Shown piece after piece: positions 1 to 9,562 of a DNA stretch of 64,000 bases. The first letter of the stretch is position 1, and each line of letters begins with the position of its first letter. The translations under genes were made by a program, and so were the position numbers. The notes below the pieces were generated by a model. It was not told where the DNA came from and did not search any database. It saw nothing but the letters and a program-made list of their open reading frames with translations. The stretch covers positions 19,789 through 83,788 of the forward strand of contig JBAZJU010000003.1 of NCBI GenBank assembly GCA_041651155.1. Direction: 5' to 3'. The DNA is from Patescibacteria group bacterium. Lineage in GTDB: Bacteria > Patescibacteriota > Patescibacteriia > CAIXNZ01.

Positions 1-329
1 CCTGCCTTCAAAAAATAGGATTGAATAATTTTTGTGTTCAGCCAGTTTTAATACTTCCCAGCATAGATCTGCTCCCGTTGTAATATTGAATAATTTTTGT
101 CCAAAAATTCTGGCGCCAAGCTTTAAGCCAAAGCCGTCGGGAATGGAAATAAAAGAGTTTTGGATTATCCTTCGAAATTGTTTATCTTTATAACCGACCA
201 GACAAATTTCAGGATTAGGTGTGACAAGATAACTTTTTTTTCCAGTTAATAAAAAATTAGCAATCTCCCCGATTGCTTCATTTAAAGAAATATCATTAAT
301 TTTTGAACCTAGGATGTAAACCTCTTCCA

Positions 330-1730
330 TTATTTTGAAGCATAAATATTAACAGGCGTACCTATTGGAGTCCAGTCATAAAGCCATTTGGCGTCAGGTA
401 ATTTTAAATTTACGCAGCCATGACTTACTCTGGTGCCAAAATTCCAGTGCCAATAAGCTCCATGTATGGCATAATCACGGTAAAAATACATAACATTCGG
501 CACATTTGGCAGGTTATAATTATCAGGGTTATTTGGTCCGTAATTCCGAGCCATGGTAGTTTTTGGAACTTTGGTGTTAATTTTAAAATCTCCCAGCGGA
601 GTTGGATATTTCCATTTACCGCTGGAAATTATAAATTCTTTTAGTAAAACCCCATTGCTATAGGCATAAAGTTTTTGTTTGCTTAAATCAATTTCAATAA
701 TTTTTTGTGAGGGAACGGTTTGAGTGGCGGCTAATATTTCTTTTTGTCCAATACTATTAAAATTGCTATCCGCAATCAAGATGCCTCCGCGAAAATTTTC
801 ATAAACAAAAACCCTGGGGCCAATTTTTAGTTTTCCCTCAGCTGAAAATGCCCTTAAATGCGCGCCGCCGCCATAGCCAGGACCTGTTAGAATTTCATTT
901 TTACCATCACTATCAATGTCGCTGGAAGCCAAATTTACGCCACCCAAAAAATTTTTATCATAAGCCAGAAATTCATTAAGCAATTTTGCCTGATCAGTAA
1001 AAATTTTTACCCTTGGTTCTTTATTTACTGCTGGCGCTGTTATGATTTCAGCTTTTTTATCATTATTTATATCAACAGCTAAAACATTTACTCCGCCTTT
1101 AAAACTTTTTTCATAGGCAGAAAAATAACTCAAATAATTGCTGTAATTGCTAAAAATTTTAACAACCGGTTCTTGCCCATAGCCGGCGCCGACAATTATT
1201 TCCTTTTGGCCATCTAGGTTTACATCACCGGCTGAAATGCTGACACCACCTGTTAATTTTTTGTCAAAAGCAAAGAATCCGAAAAGTCGGTTGCCAAAGC
1301 GGTCAAAGACTCTGATTTCAGAATTGCCTCCTTCATTTTGAGCCGTGATTATTTCTGAGGTGCTATCATTGAATAAATCAGTGGCAATAGCCTTAATCCC
1401 GCCAGTATAATTTTCTTCATATGCTAAAAATTCAAATTTAAAGCTGCCTTGGCTGTCAAAAATTTTAATCAAAGGTTTTTCATTCCTGCCAGCTGCCACA
1501 ATGATTTCAGGCTTTTTATCATTTTCCAAATCAGCCACTGCGATATTTAAGCCTTCAACCGTGGAATTTTCAGGAAATGGGAAAATATCCTTTTCAGCTT
1601 GTAATGTTTCTACATTAAAAATTCTGATTGTCGGCCTAATCTTAACAATCTGATCTGCAGGTAAGGTTTCTGCCTTGATGTTTGTGGCAAATAATAAGCC
1701 TAATAAGGTGATAATAATGATTTTTTTCAT
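330..1730 (-). CDS. Secreted protein: N-terminal signal peptide, about 6 FG-GAP/beta-propeller-like repeats (GxGxGxxPxVKIF periodicity), C-terminal L,D-transpeptidase (YkuD) catalytic domain
   Basis: 466-aa ORF. MKKIIIITLLGLLFATNIKA signal. Repeating ...GAGYGQEPVVKIF.../...GPGYGGGAHLRAF... blocks typical of FG-GAP propellers. C-terminal HGxxxxxxxxGTRVSHGCVNL motif matches the YkuD active-site His/Cys region. Confidence 0.6.
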   Translation of the reverse strand: MKKIIIITLLGLLFATNIKAETLPADQIVKIRPTIRIFNVETLQAEKDIFPFPENSTVEGLNIAVADLENDKKPEIIVAAGRNEKPLIKIFDSQGSFKFEFLAYEENYTGGIKAIATDLFNDSTSEIITAQNEGGNSEIRVFDRFGNRLFGFFAFDKKLTGGVSISAGDVNLDGQKEIIVGAGYGQEPVVKIFSNYSNYLSYFSAYEKSFKGGVNVLAVDINNDKKAEIITAPAVNKEPRVKIFTDQAKLLNEFLAYDKNFLGGVNLASSDIDSDGKNEILTGPGYGGGAHLRAFSAEGKLKIGPRVFVYENFRGGILIADSNFNSIGQKEILAATQTVPSQKIIEIDLSKQKLYAYSNGVLLKEFIISSGKWKYPTPLGDFKINTKVPKTTMARNYGPNNPDNYNLPNVPNVMYFYRDYAIHGAYWHWNFGTRVSHGCVNLKLPDAKWLYDWTPIGTPVNIYASK

Positions 1731-1757
1731 AATTTAATTATATCTATTTATAATCAT

Positions 1758-1896
1758 CTTGACAATGAATCTGGCAGATTTATAATTAAGACATAAGTGT
1801 CTTGTGGAAATTTTAGGGCCAAGCCACAAACACTCTTTTTCTCTATTAAAGAGATTCTGGAACCCATTTGGGGACATGCGCTGTCCCCTTTTTTTT
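1758..1896 (+). promoter_or_regulatory. Sigma70-like promoter (TTGACA 1759-1764, 17-nt spacer, TATAAT 1782-1787) driving an approx 100-nt leader that ends in an intrinsic terminator (GGGGACATGCGCTGTCCCC + T8, 1870-1896), upstream of the AmrS radical SAM gene
   Basis: Consensus -35/-10 with 17-nt spacing read directly. GC hairpin followed by 8 T. A competing CCCATTTGGGG hairpin overlaps the terminator's 5' arm. Confidence 0.35.
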
Positions 1897-1908
1897 GTTA
1901 TAATTAGG

Positions 1909-2041
1909 TTACTAATGTACTAATAATCTACTAATCTACAAATTTGTCCAGTAGGATTCCTTGAAATATTAGTAGTATTAGCCTGCCTGCCCTGCCTACC
2001 GGCAGGCAGGCGGCAGGCAGGTAAAAATTAGTAAATTAGTA
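1909..2041. repeat. Heptamer array: 3x direct TACTAAT, then inverted ATTAGTA copies, flanking a GC-rich perfect palindrome (CCTGCCTGCCCTGCCTACCGGCAGGCAGGCGGCAGGCAGG, 1981-2022); ends 5 nt before the AmrS start codon
   Basis: Heptamers read directly at 1910, 1918, 1929 (TACTAAT) and 1968, 2027, 2035 (ATTAGTA). The same architecture recurs at 34742-34800 and 51041-51117. Confidence 0.6.
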
Positions 2042-2046
2042 TCCTT

Positions 2047-3063
2047 ATGAAATTAGCGCAATTCTGGGTAAAAAAAGACAATAAAATTCAGTGCCAGCTT
2101 TGCAACCATTATTGCTTAATAGCTGATGGCAATCGTGGTATTTGCGCTGTGAGGAAAAATATTGAAAATAAGCTTTATGCCCTGGATTATGGCAAAGTGA
2201 TTACGGCTAATATTGATCCAATTGAGAAAAAGCCGCTATTCCATTTTTTGCCAGGCAGTTTAAGTTATTCAATAGCCACTGTTGGCTGTAATTTCCACTG
2301 CCTTCACTGCCAAAATGCTGATATTTCCCAATATGCTGAGAAAGGCCTGGAGGCTGATTTTGTGCCAGGGCAAGACACTAAACCAGAGGAAATTATCCAA
2401 AAGGCTAAAGAAAGCGGCTGTCTTTCAATATCTTACACTTATACTGAACCTACGATCTATGCTGAATTTGCCTTGGATTGCATGAAGCTGGCCAAAGAAG
2501 CCGGGCTTAAAAATGTCTGGGTGTCTAATGGTTATACTGCGCCCGAGGCTTGGCCGGAGATACTTCCCTATTTGGATGCGATAAATGTTGATTTGAAATT
2601 TTTTACTAATGAAACATATTTAAAAATCTGTGGGGCAAAATTACAGCCGGTTTTGGAAAATTTAAAATTATTAAATCATCATAAAATCTGGCTGGAAATA
2701 ACTACTTTGATTATTCCGGGCCTAAATGATTCTGATAAAGAGCTGGAAGAAATTGCTAAATTTATAAAAAATTATTTAGGCTCGGAAACTCCCTGGCATA
2801 TTTCTCGATTTTTCCCTCAATATAAACTGCAAGATCAAGATCCCACAGAAGAAGATTTAATTTATAAGGCCTATAAAATTGGCAAAGAGATTGGTTTAAA
2901 ATATGTTTATGGGGGCAATGTCACTTCTGATACAATGGAAAATACCTATTGTCCAAAATGCGGAGAACTGGTGATTAAGCGGTTTGGCTATGAAATAAAG
3001 CGCTTTGATCAAAATGGCTATTGCCCTAAATGTAATGAAAAAATTGAGTTGGTTTTAAAGTAA
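2047..3063 (+). CDS. amrS: AmmeMemoRadiSam-system radical SAM enzyme (AmrS-like, PFL-activating-enzyme-related)
   Basis: 338 aa. Cysteine pattern includes CNFHCLHC (Cx3Cx2C) plus N-terminal and C-terminal Cys pairs (CQLCNHYC, CPKCGE, CPKCNE), typical of AmrS-family radical SAM proteins. Confidence 0.7.
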   Translation: MKLAQFWVKKDNKIQCQLCNHYCLIADGNRGICAVRKNIENKLYALDYGKVITANIDPIEKKPLFHFLPGSLSYSIATVGCNFHCLHCQNADISQYAEKGLEADFVPGQDTKPEEIIQKAKESGCLSISYTYTEPTIYAEFALDCMKLAKEAGLKNVWVSNGYTAPEAWPEILPYLDAINVDLKFFTNETYLKICGAKLQPVLENLKLLNHHKIWLEITTLIIPGLNDSDKELEEIAKFIKNYLGSETPWHISRFFPQYKLQDQDPTEEDLIYKAYKIGKEIGLKYVYGGNVTSDTMENTYCPKCGELVIKRFGYEIKRFDQNGYCPKCNEKIELVLK

Positions 3064-3183
3064 AAACGGACAAATTTATATCATAGGCCACTTTAGTGGC
3101 CGTGCGTGAATTCTATAATATTTCTAGGCCGTTTTTTTGCTCAGCTATTGACAATATTTTAATTATATGCTATCATGTCCTTG

Positions 3184-3474
3184 AGATGCCTAGATGGATT
3201 TAATAGGCTTACCCTAGATAAAACTTACTATCCTAAGAAAATTTAGGGGAAAAATCTCTCTATTTAAAAGTAGCAAATTGGATAGAATTTGCGAAATATG
3301 ACCGGGTTGGACTCAAGAGTGGAGATTGAGTCTATTAAAAAAACCCAATAAACCATGCCTTGCATAGCGAGGCGTCCGGACGTAGGAATAATCCGCCTAT
3401 AAAGGACAGAATATACCACTCATATTCTGTGGTTTTTATAAAAATTACGGCCTGCAATCAAGCGGGCCTTTTTT
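3184..3474 (+). ncRNA. Candidate small/structured RNA: promoter TTGACA(3148-3153)-17-TATCAT(3171-3176), no credible ORF, two intrinsic terminators (3405-3437 and 3449-3474)
   Basis: Promoter and terminators read from sequence. Only very short ORFs without an RBS. Internal hairpins (GGACTCAAGAGTGGAGATTGAGTC; palindromic CGTCCGGACG). GC higher than flanks. Confidence 0.3.
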
Positions 3475-3518
3475 AATTGAAATAGAAAAAGACGGCTTTT
3501 TAGGGCCGTCTTATTGTT

Positions 3519-4565
3519 TTAGTATTGTGGCCGATAAAGGCCAACATTTCCAGGTTCATGAAGTTGGGTGACTGAATCATCTTCAATTGTTTGTCTGATG
3601 GCTTCGGCTAATAGTCCGGCTATAGAAAGGATTTTGAACTTTGGTTCACCGCTGACTTTGTCTTCAACCGGTATAGTATCGGTTATGACAAATTCATCTA
3701 TCGGTGAATTTTTTAAAGCCGCGATAACCTCGGCTGTTGATTTTCCTTCCTTGGCTAGGGGCGCATGCGGCGCATACATAATGATTTTTTTAGCGCCATT
3801 GTCTTTCAGGGCTTGAGCATCTTTGATCGCTGTTCCCCCAGAGCAGATTTCGTCGTCAATCATGATGCAGATTTTGCCTTTAGTGGCAATTTCGCGTTTT
3901 ATTTCCACGACTTTGCCATCACGAACCTTGTCAATATAATCGTGAGGCAGCTTAGTAATTTCGGTAAGCTTGGCCGAGCGTTTAGCGGCACTGCTGTCAG
4001 AAAAGCAGATTAGCACGTCATCTTTTTTTCCACCTAAAACCGTTTGAATGTAGTTGTTGAGATAATCCGCAAACATGTAAATAGTGGAAATTTCATCAGC
4101 TGAGGGCCTGAAATAATGCTTGACGTGAGTGTCATGTGGGTCTAGTAAAAGCACTCTTTCAACGCCCAGAGTTTTATTGATAATTTGGGCTAAAACGCTG
4201 CTCATTACAGAAATTCTGGGCTTGTCCTTACGGTCACTGCGAGCGTAAGGCATGTATGGAAAAGTTAGCAGCAAGTCAGCAGCATTAGAATTGTAAATAG
4301 CGTCAAGTAAACACATCAGTTCAACCAAGCGTTGATTTACAGGCGGAGTTTGAGTGTGTATTACTACGACAAAATAACCGCGAACATTATCTATTTGCAA
4401 TTCCACGTTTTCATTGTCAAAATATGACACTTTTGGCCGAGATAAGATTAAGCCCTCCTCAGGTTTAAATATCTTTGGCAGGCGTTTGTATAGTTCTTTA
4501 CAGACCTTCTCTGCCAGAATATCCGAACCAGGCAAAGCCATTACTTTTACTCCGCGAAACTTCAT
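3519..4565 (-). CDS. prs: Ribose-phosphate pyrophosphokinase (PRPP synthetase)
   Basis: 348 aa. The PYARSDRK motif corresponds to Prs YARQDRK. C-terminal LSIAGLLAEAIRQ matches the Prs C-terminus. Strong RBS GAGGAGG upstream of the ATG. Confidence 0.8.
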   Translation of the reverse strand: MKFRGVKVMALPGSDILAEKVCKELYKRLPKIFKPEEGLILSRPKVSYFDNENVELQIDNVRGYFVVVIHTQTPPVNQRLVELMCLLDAIYNSNAADLLLTFPYMPYARSDRKDKPRISVMSSVLAQIINKTLGVERVLLLDPHDTHVKHYFRPSADEISTIYMFADYLNNYIQTVLGGKKDDVLICFSDSSAAKRSAKLTEITKLPHDYIDKVRDGKVVEIKREIATKGKICIMIDDEICSGGTAIKDAQALKDNGAKKIIMYAPHAPLAKEGKSTAEVIAALKNSPIDEFVITDTIPVEDKVSGEPKFKILSIAGLLAEAIRQTIEDDSVTQLHEPGNVGLYRPQY

Positions 4566-4744
4566 TTTTCCTCCTCTGTAAAAAGTTTTTGTTTACCAAT
4601 TTAAGGCACATTAACCTTAACATTTTTTACTAAAAAGTCAAGCTTGACATTCACTTTTTTATTTATTATACTAAACTTAGCACTCTTGAAGCTGGAGTGC
4701 TAAATTTCATAATTCAGCATTCATAATTCATAATTATTCAAAAT

Positions 4745-7366
4745 ATGTTTAACCCCAATAAATTAACCACTAAATCCCAGGAAGCTTTGAGAAATGCCCA
4801 GGAAATTGCCATTGACCATCAAAACCAGCAGGTTGATGCTTTGCATTTGCTCGCTTCCCTGCTTACTCAAGACGAAAGTTTAGTTAATACAATTTTAAAA
4901 AAATTGGAAGTTGACCCTGCTCAATTAAAAAATCAGATTTTTCAGGCTATTGAAGCATTCCCAAAAACCAAAGGCGATATAAGCCTGACTCAGATGTTTT
5001 TAACCGAAGATTTAGCCCGAGTTTTAGCTGGCTCAGAAAAAGAAGCTAAAGAATTCAAGGATGAGTATATCTCAACTGAACACATTTTTTTATCAATGTT
5101 AAATACCAAAAGCAAGGTCAAAATTCTTTTGGATTCTTTTGGTATTCAATATGATGCTGTTTTAAAATTATTGGCGCAGCTGCGTGGCTCTACCAGAATT
5201 ACAGATCCGGAACCAGAATCAAAATTCCAGGTTTTGGAAAAGTACGCCCAGAATTTAACAGAAATGGCCAGGCAAGAGAAATTAGATCCGGTCATTGGGC
5301 GTGATTCTGAAATTCGCCGCGTGATGCAGGTTTTATCCCGCAGAACAAAAAATAATCCGGTTTTGATCGGTGAAGCCGGAGTTGGCAAAACAGCCATTGC
5401 CGAAGGTTTAGCGCAAAGAATTGTGGCTGGTGATGTGCCGGAAACTTTAAAAAATAAAGAAGTAATTGCTTTGGATTTGGGTTCTTTAATTGCCGGGACC
5501 AAATTCCGCGGTGAATTTGAGGATCGCTTAAAAGCAGTTTTAAAGGAAGTTGAAAATTCCAATGGCCAGATAATTTTATTTATTGATGAACTGCATACTG
5601 TTGTCGGCGCTGGCGCGATTGAAGGTTCAATGGATGCATCCAATATGTTAAAGCCAGCTTTAGCTCGCGGTAAATTGCATGCCATTGGCGCTACAACTTT
5701 GAAAGAATATCACAAATATATTGAAAAAGATCCTGCTTTAGAAAGACGCTTTCAGCCAGTCATGGTCTTGGAACCTTCTATTGAAGATACGATCGCAATT
5801 TTGCGCGGTATTAAAGATAAATATGAAGTCCATCATGGCGTAAGAATTACTGACTCAGCGATTTTAGCTGCGGCTGAATTTTCTCAAAGATATATTACTG
5901 ACCGTTTTTTGCCTGATAAAGCAGTTGATTTAATAGATGAAGCAACTTCTGCTCTGCGTATGGAAATTGATTCAATGCCTGAGGAGCTTGATAAAATGAA
6001 GCGCAAAACGAAACAGCTGGAAATTGAAAAAGCAGCGCTAAAAAAAGAATCTGATAAAGGCTCAAAGGACAATTTGAAAATTTTAGATAAAGAATTGCAT
6101 GATTTAAAAGAAAAATCCAACCAATTGGAATTGCACTGGAAAAGCGAGAAAGATATTATTACCCAGATTCGCGAAGCCAAAAAGAAAATTGATTCTTTGA
6201 AACAAGAGGCTGATATCTTGGAAAGAAAGGCTGAACTGCAAAAAGTGGCGGAAATTCGTTATGGCCAGATCCCAGCGATTGAAAAGAAAATCAAAGAATT
6301 TGAAAAAAAATTAGCTAATGTGCAAAAAGACCATAAAATTCTGAAAGAAGAAGTAACTGAAGAAGATATTGCCCATGTTGTTTCACGCTGGACAGGCATC
6401 CCGGTTTCCAAAATGCTTGAGTCAGAAATGGCCAAATTAGCCCATGCTGAGGATGAACTGAGAAAACGCGTGGTTGGCCAGCAAGAAGCGATTTCTGCAG
6501 TGGCTAATGCCATCAGGCGCTCACGAGCTGGCGTGTCAGAAGAAAACAGGCCAATTGGCTCATTTATCTTTTTAGGCCCAACTGGCGTGGGTAAAACAGA
6601 ATTAGCCAAAGCTCTGGCTGAATTTATGTTCAATGATGAAAATGCCATGATTCGCGTGGACATGTCTGAATATATGGAAAAGCATTCTGTTTCCAAATTC
6701 ATTGGTTCTCCCCCAGGCTATATCGGCTATGAAGAAGGCGGACAATTAACTGAACAAGTGCGTAGACGCCCCTACTCTGTAGTTTTATTTGATGAAATTG
6801 AAAAAGCCCACCCGGAAGTATTTAATGTTTTATTACAGCTTTTAGATGATGGCCGTTTGACTGATGCCAAAGGACGAGTTGTTAATTTCAAAAATACAAT
6901 TATTATCATGACTTCAAATTTGGGCAATCAGCTTTTGAAAGATGTTTCGCTTGGCTTTGAAGATAAGACACTTAAAAAAGAGAATACAATGGATGAGGAA
7001 AAAATGAAAGAAAAAGTTTATGAAGCCTTAAAAGCCCAGTTTAAACCAGAATTTATTAATCGTCTTGATGAAATAATTATTTTCCATCCTTTAGGTAAAA
7101 AAGAAATTGAAAAAATTATTGAATTACAGCTGGAAATAGTCACCAAGCGTTTGGCTGATAAGAAAATCAAATTAGAGTTTACCAAAGCTTTGGAAGAATA
7201 TCTGGCCAACAAAGGCTTTGATCCCCAATTTGGCGCGCGTCCGCTTAAACGCGTGATTCAAAGTCAAATCCTTGATGATCTGGCTTTGCAGATAATTGAA
7301 GGCAAAATTAAAGAAGGACAGAAAGTTAAGGTTGATGTGGAGAAGGATAAAGTAGTGTTTAAATAA
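4745..7366 (+). CDS. clpB: Chaperone ClpB (two AAA+ modules with coiled-coil middle domain)
   Basis: 873 aa. Two Walker A motifs ([20 protein letters not shown]). Long coiled-coil between the NBDs. Clp N-domain at the N-terminus. Confidence 0.9.
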   Translation: MFNPNKLTTKSQEALRNAQEIAIDHQNQQVDALHLLASLLTQDESLVNTILKKLEVDPAQLKNQIFQAIEAFPKTKGDISLTQMFLTEDLARVLAGSEKEAKEFKDEYISTEHIFLSMLNTKSKVKILLDSFGIQYDAVLKLLAQLRGSTRITDPEPESKFQVLEKYAQNLTEMARQEKLDPVIGRDSEIRRVMQVLSRRTKNNPVLIGEAGVGKTAIAEGLAQRIVAGDVPETLKNKEVIALDLGSLIAGTKFRGEFEDRLKAVLKEVENSNGQIILFIDELHTVVGAGAIEGSMDASNMLKPALARGKLHAIGATTLKEYHKYIEKDPALERRFQPVMVLEPSIEDTIAILRGIKDKYEVHHGVRITDSAILAAAEFSQRYITDRFLPDKAVDLIDEATSALRMEIDSMPEELDKMKRKTKQLEIEKAALKKESDKGSKDNLKILDKELHDLKEKSNQLELHWKSEKDIITQIREAKKKIDSLKQEADILERKAELQKVAEIRYGQIPAIEKKIKEFEKKLANVQKDHKILKEEVTEEDIAHVVSRWTGIPVSKMLESEMAKLAHAEDELRKRVVGQQEAISAVANAIRRSRAGVSEENRPIGSFIFLGPTGVGKTELAKALAEFMFNDENAMIRVDMSEYMEKHSVSKFIGSPPGYIGYEEGGQLTEQVRRRPYSVVLFDEIEKAHPEVFNVLLQLLDDGRLTDAKGRVVNFKNTIIIMTSNLGNQLLKDVSLGFEDKTLKKENTMDEEKMKEKVYEALKAQFKPEFINRLDEIIIFHPLGKKEIEKIIELQLEIVTKRLADKKIKLEFTKALEEYLANKGFDPQFGARPLKRVIQSQILDDLALQIIEGKIKEGQKVKVDVEKDKVVFK

Positions 7367-7372
7367 ACTGAA

Positions 7373-7408
7373 ATAAAAAAAGAGGCGGTTTATATCTCCT
7401 CTTTTTTA
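7373..7408. terminator. Bidirectional intrinsic terminator between clpB (+) and the 7417-8496 gene (-)
   Basis: A-tract / AAGAGG...CCTCTT hairpin / T-tract. Confidence 0.45.
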
Positions 7409-7416
7409 ATATAAAA

Positions 7417-8496
7417 TTATTTAACTACTTCGATCTTAAATATAAAATTTTGATGTTTAACGTTTTCACCTTTTATGAAAGCAGTAATTTGGTGAATTCC
7501 ATCTTTTAAGAATGTTATATTAATATTCCCCTGATGATTATCTTCGCTACATTGTATCATCTCTTGTTTAAAACGCACTATTTGTTTTTCTTCTCCTTTA
7601 TATATAGAAGAGATGTTGGGGGTATCTTCTACTAGAAAATCTAGAGGGAAAACAAGTCCGATTTGTATATTTTTAGCCATTTCTGATGATGAATTTAAAA
7701 TTGATATGGGTATCTCCTGCTTTTTATTAGATGCAAATCTTAATTCCTTGTTAGGCTCAAGTTTTTGATCACCAAATTTTATAAATATTTGTTCAAGTAA
7801 GATTTTTTGGCCTGACCCAGTTTTATCAATTAAAGTCGACAATAATTCTATTATTTTGTTATCAGAAGTATTTTTTTCATCGTTTAGTATTTTCGAAATT
7901 TCCATCACGATTTCTAATAATTTTATGATTACATATACGAAATATCCCAATAAAAGTATACTAATCGGAATTATTATAAAATATTTATAAATAATTTCCA
8001 GATAAAAAGATAATAATGTAATTACAAATAGTAATAAGAGGGGGATGGAAAGTCTAAGTATTTGGTATTTAGGGTTCAAATATGAAAGTTTATTCTCTGC
8101 GTTTTTTTTATTTTTCTTTAAACTCTTTATGGTTTTTTCAATCAATGCTAAATCTATACCACCCTCCCTTTTTTTAATTTCAGCATCTAGATTTTTTTCA
8201 TTTGATGATTTTTCGTTCTCATAATTTTGTTCAAGTTTTTTTATCCCTTCTGGAAAGAGTGAAATTAAGATGCCAACAAGTGGCAATATGAAGGCCAGCG
8301 CTGCTAAAACTAAATTAGTAAGGGCATTCATTATTATATTGATCGGATTATTGTATGTGACAACCAGATTAGCTTTAATATTTGGAAGGGCTAATAAAAG
8401 TGTAGATACAAAAATTGTTAGAACTATTAAAATTAATAGAATTAGTTCAATTCTTTTCTTGAATCTATTTATAAAATCAGCAATTATTTTTTTCAT
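7417..8496 (-). CDS. Hypothetical polytopic membrane protein with a central coiled-coil segment
   Basis: 359 aa. Multiple hydrophobic helices and a K/E-rich coiled-coil stretch. No recognisable catalytic motif. Confidence 0.4.
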   Translation of the reverse strand: MKKIIADFINRFKKRIELILLILIVLTIFVSTLLLALPNIKANLVVTYNNPINIIMNALTNLVLAALAFILPLVGILISLFPEGIKKLEQNYENEKSSNEKNLDAEIKKREGGIDLALIEKTIKSLKKNKKNAENKLSYLNPKYQILRLSIPLLLLFVITLLSFYLEIIYKYFIIIPISILLLGYFVYVIIKLLEIVMEISKILNDEKNTSDNKIIELLSTLIDKTGSGQKILLEQIFIKFGDQKLEPNKELRFASNKKQEIPISILNSSSEMAKNIQIGLVFPLDFLVEDTPNISSIYKGEEKQIVRFKQEMIQCSEDNHQGNINITFLKDGIHQITAFIKGENVKHQNFIFKIEVVK

Positions 8497-8634
8497 AATA
8501 TTGAGGTTATTTTTTATACTTTAAGTATAAACATATGTGTGTTAAAGTCAAATGTTTTTGGTGAATTTTTTGACAATAAAAAAAGCCGCCCTGAACTCAA
8601 AGTTCTAGGGCGGTTTTGTTTTTGCAAGTATTTA

Positions 8635-8880
8635 TTATCCCCTTTTGACAAAAATTGTCACTATTTTGTGGAAATTTGTCTGGCGGAATTTGGTGCTCAT
8701 GCCGAGCAAAACAAGGGTTTTTTCTGGACGATAATCTTCTTTGATTAATTCCTTTGTCTTGTCAGCAGCTTTCTTGTTTTCCATGCGAACGGCCTGGATA
8801 CCGACAATATTTTTCGGGTTTTCCAATTCAATTAGGAGCGGCACGCCTTCAATCCCAGCTTTCTTTTTTTTGCCTTCCAT
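8635..8880 (-). CDS. Hypothetical small protein (81 aa)
   Basis: ORF with strong RBS AAGGAGG 8 nt upstream of the ATG. No family recognised. Confidence 0.3.
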   Translation of the reverse strand: MEGKKKKAGIEGVPLLIELENPKNIVGIQAVRMENKKAADKTKELIKEDYRPEKTLVLLGMSTKFRQTNFHKIVTIFVKRG

Positions 8881-8964
8881 TTTTTACCTCCTTAATGGAT
8901 TTTAGTTAAAGTTATCAGAAATGATAGTTTTTGTCCACGCAGCTCTTCACAATAGCTATATAAA

Positions 8965-9472
8965 ATTCAAAGGCCCCGTTAAAAATGCATTCAAGCATTT
9001 TGTAACGGGGCCGAGTGTGGAGAGAAAACCTTCTTTGTCGTAGCCGCCAGCGTATAAAAAGGCGTCCTCATCTACATGCAATAGCATGTTCGCCTAAGAT
9101 TCTCTGGTAGCTTTTTTGCGGGCATGCAGATTATGACGTTCCGGTACCGTATGAACATCTCGTTTCGGCGCTCCTAGGTTGCGCCATAGTCACGGGCCGG
9201 ATTGAAGCGTGATTGTGCTTGAACGCCCATTAGAACATCGGATTTTTTAGACGTTCGGCACATTTTCGACGGTCGCCCATGGTGCGTCCGTTTGAATCTC
9301 AAACTTTCGATCATCAGGATTCGGCCTTCCATGATAGGCCTTTCAATCGTATTTTTCGAGAATTTCGAAGTCAATTGGCCGGATCGCGGCAGTTTTTACA
9401 AATCCCGCGTTCCGGAAGTTTTTTCCCGCATAAAATCGGAAGGTTTTAAGAACTCGATTCTCCACACTTTAT
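8965..9472 (-). ncRNA. Candidate approx 450-500 nt structured ncRNA (minus strand): consensus promoter, 5'/3' closing helix, strong terminator hairpin, GC-rich, no ORF
   Basis: Minus-strand promoter TTGACA (rc of 9503-9508), 17-nt spacer, TATGAT (rc of 9480-9485). 5' GUGUGGAGA pairs with 3' UCUCCACAC (plus coordinates 9458-9467 and 9015-9024). A 17-bp compound hairpin at 8972-9012 is followed by a U-rich tract. GC about 50% versus about 35% in flanks. Confidence 0.35.
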
Positions 9473-9527
9473 GATTAACATCATAGCATATCTATAAGAT
9501 TTTGTCAAGACTATGGCGGTTTTTGAT

Positions 9528-9556
9528 TTGAAATAAATGATTTTATATGCTATTAT
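9528..9556 (+). promoter_or_regulatory. Promoter TTGAAA-17-TATTAT placing the TSS at or within 1-2 nt of the 9563 start codon (leaderless mRNA candidate)
   Basis: -35 at 9528-9533, -10 at 9551-9556, ATG at 9563, no Shine-Dalgarno. Confidence 0.4.
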
Positions 9557-9562
9557 TAGAAT

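Noticed and set aside
1909-2041. TACTAAT arrays and the 40-nt GC palindrome as a CRISPR array or IS terminal inverted repeat
   Set aside because: Repeat unit is only 7 nt with irregular 1-5 nt spacers. No cas genes. The palindrome is single-copy. No transposase ORF. Operator-like or structural element is the more conservative reading.
8965-9472. Assignment of the 9.0-9.5 kb ncRNA candidate (and the 23.2 kb unit) to RNase P RNA, tmRNA, SRP RNA or 6S RNA
   Set aside because: Searched by eye for the conserved strings GGAAAGUCCGG, GGUAAGAGCGCACC, ACAGAAnCCGGCUUA (RNase P), GGUUCGAnUCC...CCACCA (tmRNA), and GUCCGGAAGGAAGCAGC (SRP). None was found convincingly. Identity left open rather than forcing a label.
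9174-9474. 66-aa minus and 60-aa plus ORFs in the GC-rich 9.0-9.5 kb segment
   Set aside because: No RBS. Arg/His-rich composition atypical for this proteome. Region better explained as a structured RNA with a closing helix and terminator.
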